Assembly: GCA_001824255.1 (NCBI GenBank) | Contig: MHWQ01000002.1 | Location: 205,446 to 269,445 of the forward strand | Length of the DNA stretch: 64,000 nt | Direction of reading: 5' to 3' | Origin: Candidatus Zambryskibacteria bacterium RIFCSPLOWO2_02_FULL_51_21 | GTDB lineage: Bacteria > Patescibacteriota > Minisyncoccia > Phycocordibacterales > Zambryskibacteraceae | Part shown: piece by piece, positions 58,623 to 64,000 of the stretch | Numbering within the stretch: position 1 is the stretch's first letter | Layout of the letters: each line of letters opens with the position of its first letter | Notes under the pieces: generated by a model | What the model was told of the DNA's origin: nothing | What the model saw: the letters and a program-made list of their open reading frames with translations, nothing else | Databases searched by the model: none | Position numbers and translations under genes: made by a program

Positions 58623-59134
58623 AAAACGAGAAATTAATACTCAATAGAAGCGCCAAAGTCCTGCGGCAGAAGGCCTTGCCCGTGCCGCTCAAAGACATTG
58701 GTACCAAGAAGCTTGGCGACATCATCGCCAAGATGAAGAATGCTGTCCGCGCCGAGGAGGACGGCGTGGCTATAGCCGCGCCGCAGGTGGGAGCGGGCCT
58801 CCGACTCTTCATCGTCAAGGGCGGAGTCCTCCCGCGCTACGAGAACGACCGGGTGTTCATCAATCCCGAGATTGTGAAAATTTCGAGGAAGAAACAAAAG
58901 GTTGAGGAGGGCTGTCTCTCGGTGCGCTGGCTCTACGGAGTGGTGGAGAGACATGAGAAAATAACTATAACAGCCTGGGATGAGAAGGGTAGAAAGCAGA
59001 CTATTGGCGCCTCGGGTCTTCTATCGCAAATTTTCCAGCATGAGATAGACCATTTGGACGGCATCCTCTTCACCGACAAGGCGGAAAACGTGCGCGACCT
59101 GCCGCCGTTAGAAAACAAAGATGCAGAAAATTAA
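58619..59134 (+). CDS. def: Peptide deformylase
   Basis: GVAIAAPQVG, EGCLS, QHEIDHLDG. Confidence 0.96.
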   Translation: MKNEKLILNRSAKVLRQKALPVPLKDIGTKKLGDIIAKMKNAVRAEEDGVAIAAPQVGAGLRLFIVKGGVLPRYENDRVFINPEIVKISRKKQKVEEGCLSVRWLYGVVERHEKITITAWDEKGRKQTIGASGLLSQIFQHEIDHLDGILFTDKAENVRDLPPLENKDAEN

Positions 59135-59861
59135 ATTCGCTTTTTTCGGGAGTTCGAAATTTTCTGAATATGTTTTGGACGAACTTGAGAAAGCCGGATA
59201 TTCTCCGATTCTTAAAGTTACGGATGCCAAAGAAGCACTGCCGGAACTCCCGGCGGAAATAGATTTGTGCGTCGTGGCTTCTTTTGGCAGAATTCTGCCA
59301 AAAGAATACCTGGAAATTCCGAAAGAGGGATTCATAAACGTCCACCCCTCCCTCCTGCCTGACTTGCGCGGACCATCACCTATTCAAAATTTGATACTCC
59401 AGAACAAAGAGCCCGGGATTACAGTCATAAAGATGGATGAGAAAATGGACCACGGACCGATACTGGCGCAGGAAAAAGTTGGTATAGAACCCTGGCCCGA
59501 CCATTATGCGATAGCGGAAGAAAAACTGGGACGGGCCGGCGGAAAACTTTTGCTAAGAATTTTTGAGGGAGAAGCGCTTGAAAGAGAGCAGGACCACGAC
59601 GATGCCACTTACGTAAAAATGGTAAAAAAAGAAGACGGCTTGCTTGATTTGAAAGATAATCCGGAAACAAATCTGAGAAAAGTTCTCGCCTATTCGACTT
59701 GGCCCGGGGCTCACATATTTTTCAAAAGAAAAACCGGGGAAGAAATTCGGGTAGTCGTCAGAAACGCGAAAATTATCGATAACCAATTCATCCCCACCCG
59801 CGTCATCCCCGCCGGCAAGAAAGAAATGGACTGGCAGGATTTCCTCCGCGGCAACGTTTGA
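59121..59861 (+). CDS. fmt: Methionyl-tRNA formyltransferase (short)
   Basis: INVHPSLLP..RGPSP, MDHGPIL; follows def. Confidence 0.92.
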   Translation: MQKIKFAFFGSSKFSEYVLDELEKAGYSPILKVTDAKEALPELPAEIDLCVVASFGRILPKEYLEIPKEGFINVHPSLLPDLRGPSPIQNLILQNKEPGITVIKMDEKMDHGPILAQEKVGIEPWPDHYAIAEEKLGRAGGKLLLRIFEGEALEREQDHDDATYVKMVKKEDGLLDLKDNPETNLRKVLAYSTWPGAHIFFKRKTGEEIRVVVRNAKIIDNQFIPTRVIPAGKKEMDWQDFLRGNV

Positions 59862-60020
59862 TTATAAAGATTCCTCGTAACCCGCGAAGTTGTCTGAGGC
59901 CTGGAGACGGTTCTCCATCCTTACGAGCCAGAAAAGAAGGACGGAAGAAGCGAGACCGCCGGCAAGAACCGCAATAGAAACCCAAGGAGCCGCTTTCTGG
60001 TGCCAGTACCCTCCGTTCAT
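59862..60020 (-). CDS. Small single-TM protein (52 aa; not in ORF track)
   Basis: ATGA overlap with the raiA stop; MNGGYWHQKAAPWVSIAVLAGGLASSVLLFWLVRMENRLQASDNFAGYEESL exactly fills the gap to fmt. Confidence 0.55.
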   Translation of the reverse strand: MNGGYWHQKAAPWVSIAVLAGGLASSVLLFWLVRMENRLQASDNFAGYEESL

Positions 60021-60391
60021 GAGCGCTTTTTAAAAATATTCATGCCTCTGGCCAGATCCTTCACCTTCCTCGCACCTCTTCTCAAAAGCGTTTCTCTCCT
60101 CCCCTTCTCCTGAAGCAAAGTTTCTTTGACCTCGTCCTTGACCAAATCGATGGCGGCATAAAGGTCGGAGTGTTCGGCAACGGCGTAGAGGTCAAGCCCG
60201 GCGCCGGTGAGATGCACCTCGGCCATAAATACTTCTCCGGTCTTGTGATGCTGCGTGCTCCGGCCCACCTCGACCGAAGCCACCGCGTCCGCGTTCTTCA
60301 CGTACTTCTCAAGCGCGCCCACTTTCTTATTCACGTATTCCGAAATAGCCGGAGTAAGCTCTATCCCAGTCGCTTTGATGTTTATCTTCAT
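60017..60391 (-). CDS. raiA: Ribosome-associated inhibitor / hibernation factor (short HPF)
   Basis: I.IKA..IELTPAI.EYV.KK, DLYAAID. Confidence 0.9.
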   Translation of the reverse strand: MKINIKATGIELTPAISEYVNKKVGALEKYVKNADAVASVEVGRSTQHHKTGEVFMAEVHLTGAGLDLYAVAEHSDLYAAIDLVKDEVKETLLQEKGRRETLLRRGARKVKDLARGMNIFKKRS

Positions 60392-60425
60392 AACTTAAGT
60401 ATATCAAATGATGATAATTGAAAGA

Positions 60426-60447
60426 GGCGGACCACATGTGGTCCGCC
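60426..60447. terminator. Hairpin after orphan ORF
   Basis: GGCGGACCAC-AT-GTGGTCCGCC. Confidence 0.65.
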
Positions 60448-60467
60448 CCGTTCACACTTCCAAGCGG

Positions 60468-60947
60468 TTAACGAATGGCCGCCAGCCGAACCTTCTCGCC
60501 GGCGATCTCCGCATCGAACTCGCTTGACTCCATCATCATCTTGACGGCGGAGCTGTAGTACTTGCCCGCCTGCGCGAGCGCGAGGACCCGGTCGAGGCGC
60601 TTGTTGACGTCCTCCATCGACGCGCCAGCTCTTCGAGCATCCTCGAGCATCGGCAGAAAACTGTCGGAGTACGAGCCGATGAACCGCACTTCCCGCCCGG
60701 CCTCCACGAGATCGAGGTTGTTGTCGATAAGGGTGAAGGCCATCTGCGGATTCTTCTCGACCACCGCCGCAAATCGGTTTTCGTTCTCGTACACCCGGCT
60801 CGCGAGGTCATGATGGCGATCCTCGAGACCGCTGATTATCTCGCCCGCCTCTTGTGCCCGCTTCTCAAGCTGATGCACCCGATAGAGAAGCGTGACGTTC
60901 GACACGATGAGTCCTAGGATAACGATGCCGAGCAACACTTTCTTCAT
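60468..60947 (-). CDS. Orphan membrane-anchored coiled-coil protein
   Basis: Signal anchor, GAGAGGA SD, own promoter and hairpin. Confidence 0.75.
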   Translation of the reverse strand: MKKVLLGIVILGLIVSNVTLLYRVHQLEKRAQEAGEIISGLEDRHHDLASRVYENENRFAAVVEKNPQMAFTLIDNNLDLVEAGREVRFIGSYSDSFLPMLEDARRAGASMEDVNKRLDRVLALAQAGKYYSSAVKMMMESSEFDAEIAGEKVRLAAIR

Positions 60948-61002
60948 CTGGAAATCCTCTCTGAAGAAAAGGGTTTGTGTGCCCTGTTTCTAATCCTTTT
61001 CC

Positions 61003-61031
61003 ATCCTAGCATATTTATACTTAAATGTCAA
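61003..61031 (-). promoter_or_regulatory. Sigma70 promoter with extended -10
   Basis: TTGACA-17-TAGGAT, preceded by TG. Confidence 0.7.
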
Positions 61032-61084
61032 GTATAATATGCTTCCTCAATATAAATTAAACTCTTGTTGAGCTATTTTTAGGC

Positions 61085-61936
61085 CTAGTCGAAAAGGTTC
61101 ACGAGATACTTGTCAATTTCTCTCTGGTCCAGATCATAGAAAAACTTGTTCTCGTCGTGGAGCTTCGTTGCCAGTTCTATGCCGACGTAGCGCCAGTGCC
61201 AGGGCTCGTACTGATAATACGCATTGTTTTTGGGATAAGAAAGAATGAAGCCGTATTTATGCGCGTTCTCCTGGAGCCATTTGTAAGCCGGCTCCGATGC
61301 GAAGGCCGAGAAGCCAGTGCCTAGCTTATTAGTAGTGAAGTCCACCGCTGTGCCAAGCTGATGCTCGGAATAACCCTGGTCAGCTGAGAAGCGGTTGGCG
61401 CCCGAGCCATAAGATACGGTATAAGCTGACTTCAGCGCCGATTGGGTGCCAAAAGAGCGATAGGCGGAAGCGATGAGAAGGTTCTGTCCTGCGGAATGCG
61501 CCGCTTCAAGCAGGTCCCGCAAATGCGGCCAGACCTTGCCGTATATCATAAAATTTTTCGACCCTGGCAGAAGATATTTCTCGTCGATGTCGAACAGAGT
61601 CGCCGGGATGTAATTCTCGTTCAGGAAATAAACTTTCGAATATTTCTTCAGAAGCTCTTCGTCGGTATGCGCAAGTTTGTCGAGCACTCCCACGGTGACG
61701 CCAAGCTCTTCCAACTGACTTGAGAAAGAATCCACGATTCTCTCCTTCTCCCGCACATCGAGAAGTAATTCGTAATTCCAGTCCTGCGCAGCTGTAAGCT
61801 CAGTAAGCAGCCACGCTCTCTCCCCCTCAAAGTTCCTGTAAGTATAAAAACCGTAACCGGCGATGCCGACGAGCACTACCGCCCCGATAATAGCCGCCGG
61901 CGTCCCGTCGAACTTCTTGAAAATATCTTTATTCAC
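61085..61936 (-). CDS. M15B (VanY-like) D,D-carboxypeptidase
   Basis: SAYRS, SEHQLGTAVD, YEPWHWRYVG. Confidence 0.9.
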   Translation of the reverse strand: MNKDIFKKFDGTPAAIIGAVVLVGIAGYGFYTYRNFEGERAWLLTELTAAQDWNYELLLDVREKERIVDSFSSQLEELGVTVGVLDKLAHTDEELLKKYSKVYFLNENYIPATLFDIDEKYLLPGSKNFMIYGKVWPHLRDLLEAAHSAGQNLLIASAYRSFGTQSALKSAYTVSYGSGANRFSADQGYSEHQLGTAVDFTTNKLGTGFSAFASEPAYKWLQENAHKYGFILSYPKNNAYYQYEPWHWRYVGIELATKLHDENKFFYDLDQREIDKYLVNLFD

Positions 61937-61961
61937 TATTTAAGTTTAATACAACTCTCGG

Positions 61962-62034
61962 CTCCGCGACCAGGGATCGAACCTGGGACATCCTCGTTAA
62001 CAGCGAGGCGCTCTACCGGCTGAGCTATCGCGGA
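61962..62034 (-). tRNA. tRNA-Asn(GTT)
   Basis: TCCGCGA/TCGCGGA acceptor, CCTCG-CTGTTAA-CGAGG, GTTCGATCC. Confidence 0.93.
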
Positions 62035-62112
62035 ATTAAGGCAAATAATAACAGAAAAAGCTACTTAATCAAGATAAAAAGGCTTTTTACTTACTCTGTG
62101 GTCTAAAGAAAA

Positions 62113-64000
62113 TTACTTATTCAATTCACTCCTAGTGAGCGGACCAACTGAACCAACTGGCTCTAGACCCCGGGCACTCTGGAAGGCAGTCACAGCGGCT
62201 TTGGTCAGTTCACCGAAGTAGCCGGTAATTGGCCCCAAGTAATAGCCTAAGCTCTTCAGTGTTTCTTGAAGTAGAGTCACCTCTGGGTCTCTTACTCCCA
62301 CATAAAGAGTTTCGGTAAACTTGTCGGAAGAGAAAGTTTGGTTACCAGTATTAGCCACCACCTGGAGCTGGTTAAGCTCATCGGCGATGGCCTGCAATTC
62401 CACTATGTAAGAGGTTAGGTTTACCAACCCAGGATCAGCGGCAATTCTCTGAGAGAGTAAGGCAAGTTTGTTTTGGACAGGCACAAGACGAGAGGGGTCA
62501 ATTGGCTTTAGCGCTTGATTATTGATAACGCCACCGGTACCCCCTCTATTGTTTGGGCTCGGAGAATCCCCAGGAGTCGTAGGAGGGTTAGTCGGTGGTG
62601 GCGAAGGCGGTGGAGGTGAGACACTGTATACAGATAAGAAGTCTTCTGCGGAATAACCATCAGCTCCAGTGTCATAGTTAATCTGCCACCAGTTGAATGA
62701 GTCTGCGGTCACTGGTCCGGATGTGACGGTGCCTAGACTACCGAGTGTTTGAGTACCGAGGAGTGTGCCTGTGGTATCTGCTGTGGCTCTGACGTTTATA
62801 TTAGTTGTTGCTTGGACTCTTTGACCTATGGTGAATTTGGCTGATGGGGTTGGAGGAGGGGGGGGTGGAGGTACTGGTGGAGGAGTAGTTTGGGTACCGC
62901 TAAATTCATAAGCTCCGATGTCCCAGGCGGGGCCTTGGGGGCGGGAGACGTTCCCAATGTCATACCGTATGCTTTGTCCCGGATACCTTGTTTCAAAAGC
63001 CGCCATAGCCGCAGATAATCCGCCCGTATCTATAGCGGGAGAACCAGCCTGAAGTTTAAAATCACCGCCCGCTGGATTAACAAGGAGTGGGTTAACATTC
63101 CTTGTGTTTATTGACTGAGCAGGAAATGCAGAATTAAACCCGGCAACATCGTATATTGAAGTCGTGCCCCACTGAATTCTTGCCGGAGAATTGAATATTA
63201 TATTGTTCTTCATGCTTCCCCCTGCAGAAATACTTGTATCAAAAAGCCAGATATCTCTTCCCTGAGAGTCATTTCTGTTGCCCAAAATATTATTTTCAAT
63301 AATTATTGACCCTGGAGCAGGAGTTTGTATTCCTGCCGAATAATTCCAAAAAGTATTATTCAGAATATACTTGGTGCCGGAATGCCGTAAACTCATAGCC
63401 GCATCAAGATGCGGATTATCCATTGAGCTTCCGTCACTATTGGTAACGTTCATAATGACATTGCCGATGAAAAATCCGTTAGGAACATTGGCGCTTCCGG
63501 TGCCTATCCCCACTTCACAATCAAGCATGTAATTGCCTATAAACCATATATAATCCGGATAATCACCTTGCATACCCATACAAGCACCCCCCGATGAGTT
63601 GCTGGGCCTAAAGCTTTGCAGTAAGTTCTGAGAAAATATCACATCAGTTGCGTCTTTCGTCCATAGACCAGTCTGCTTGTTGTTATGTGAATAGTTGCGT
63701 CCAATATATATTTTGTAAGGCCTGGCCCCGACGGCAGATGGTGAGTTCCCCACCTGCACTCCATCACCGCTGCAACGCGCCAGCTCGTTATCAAGCACCC
63801 AAACATTATTAGCCGCGCCCTCCATTTTTATGCAATGGATATCCTGATCATAAGTAGCATAAATATCACCCGCATCATGAATATAATTTTTATAAATTAC
63901 TATATACGCGGAGCTCCCAAACCCGATACCTCCTGAAGTTAAACTTCCGACGAGCTCATTATTACGGATTGATATGGCATAATTTGCCCCGATCTCAATT
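62113..64000 (-). CDS. Large surface protein: parallel beta-helix, Pro-rich linkers, SH3-like and peptidoglycan-binding domains (5' end beyond window)
   Basis: Frame stays open from 63825 to the window end; Asn-rich beta-helix repeats, DFKLQAGSPAIDTG..DIGAYE, NINVR..WWQINY, LQ..L..LGY...GYFG.LT..AV..FQ. Confidence 0.8.
   Translation of the reverse strand, partial: IEIGANYAISIRNNELVGSLTSGGIGFGSSAYIVIYKNYIHDAGDIYATYDQDIHCIKMEGAANNVWVLDNELARCSGDGVQVGNSPSAVGARPYKIYIGRNYSHNNKQTGLWTKDATDVIFSQNLLQSFRPSNSSGGACMGMQGDYPDYIWFIGNYMLDCEVGIGTGSANVPNGFFIGNVIMNVTNSDGSSMDNPHLDAAMSLRHSGTKYILNNTFWNYSAGIQTPAPGSIIIENNILGNRNDSQGRDIWLFDTSISAGGSMKNNIIFNSPARIQWGTTSIYDVAGFNSAFPAQSINTRNVNPLLVNPAGGDFKLQAGSPAIDTGGLSAAMAAFETRYPGQSIRYDIGNVSRPQGPAWDIGAYEFSGTQTTPPPVPPPPPPPTPSAKFTIGQRVQATTNINVRATADTTGTLLGTQTLGSLGTVTSGPVTADSFNWWQINYDTGADGYSAEDFLSVYSVSPPPPSPPPTNPPTTPGDSPSPNNRGGTGGVINNQALKPIDPSRLVPVQNKLALLSQRIAADPGLVNLTSYIVELQAIADELNQLQVVANTGNQTFSSDKFTETLYVGVRDPEVTLLQETLKSLGYYLGPITGYFGELTKAAVTAFQSARGLEPVGSVGPLTRSELNK

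Noticed and set aside
19781-61031. Integron attC sites around the orphan cassettes
   Set aside because: The hairpins are simple terminators without RYYYAAC/GTTRRRY ends; the cassettes are dispersed rather than arrayed, and there is no intI.
62846-62885. G-rich tracts in the last gene
   Set aside because: Explained by poly-proline linker codons on the minus strand.
1-64000. CRISPR array, prophage, transposase, reverse transcriptase or rRNA
   Set aside because: No spaced direct repeats and no recognisable motifs for these were seen; the baseplate-like label for 24061-25374 has no phage context.

Overview
A gene-dense 64-kb chromosomal segment, almost all on the minus strand. It looks like a Patescibacteria/CPR (Parcubacteria-like) genome (inference): many core proteins are shortened, genes abut or overlap, there are CPR-typical hypothetical proteins, and TGA is used as a stop codon. 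Core content: cell wall and division (murG, ftsW, mraY, asnB, ddl, mltG, mreB, two D,D-peptidases, a lytic transglycosylase, scpAB); translation (gltX, aspS, trpS, alaS, leuS, mnmA, tgt, def, fmt, infA-rpmJ-rpsM-rpsK-rpsD-rpoA-rplQ-rplM-rpsI, raiA, ychF); chaperones (grpE-dnaK-dnaJ); repair (uvrB/A/C, udg, a priA-like gene); and five tRNAs (Ala x3, Val, Asn). No CRISPR array, integrase, transposase or prophage was seen. The most unusual signals lie below gene level. (1) A structured ~50-60-nt element is inserted in-frame, in the same frame, in two unrelated genes (a CAP-domain gene and leuS); other REP-like palindromes and at least eight 7-nt-periodic tandem tracts also occur, mostly inside core ORFs. 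(2) About nine orphan mini-genes carry their own SD, usually a terminator and often a consensus promoter, and are interspersed among core genes that appear largely leaderless. (3) An ~185-nt stand-alone structured RNA candidate with a possible pseudoknot. (4) An AT-rich NUDIX domain inserted in LeuRS. (5) A sulfatase lacking its formylglycine precursor, and an ice-binding-like sortase substrate, each next to a tRNA-Ala 3' end. All product calls come from motif recognition by eye; no searches were run.
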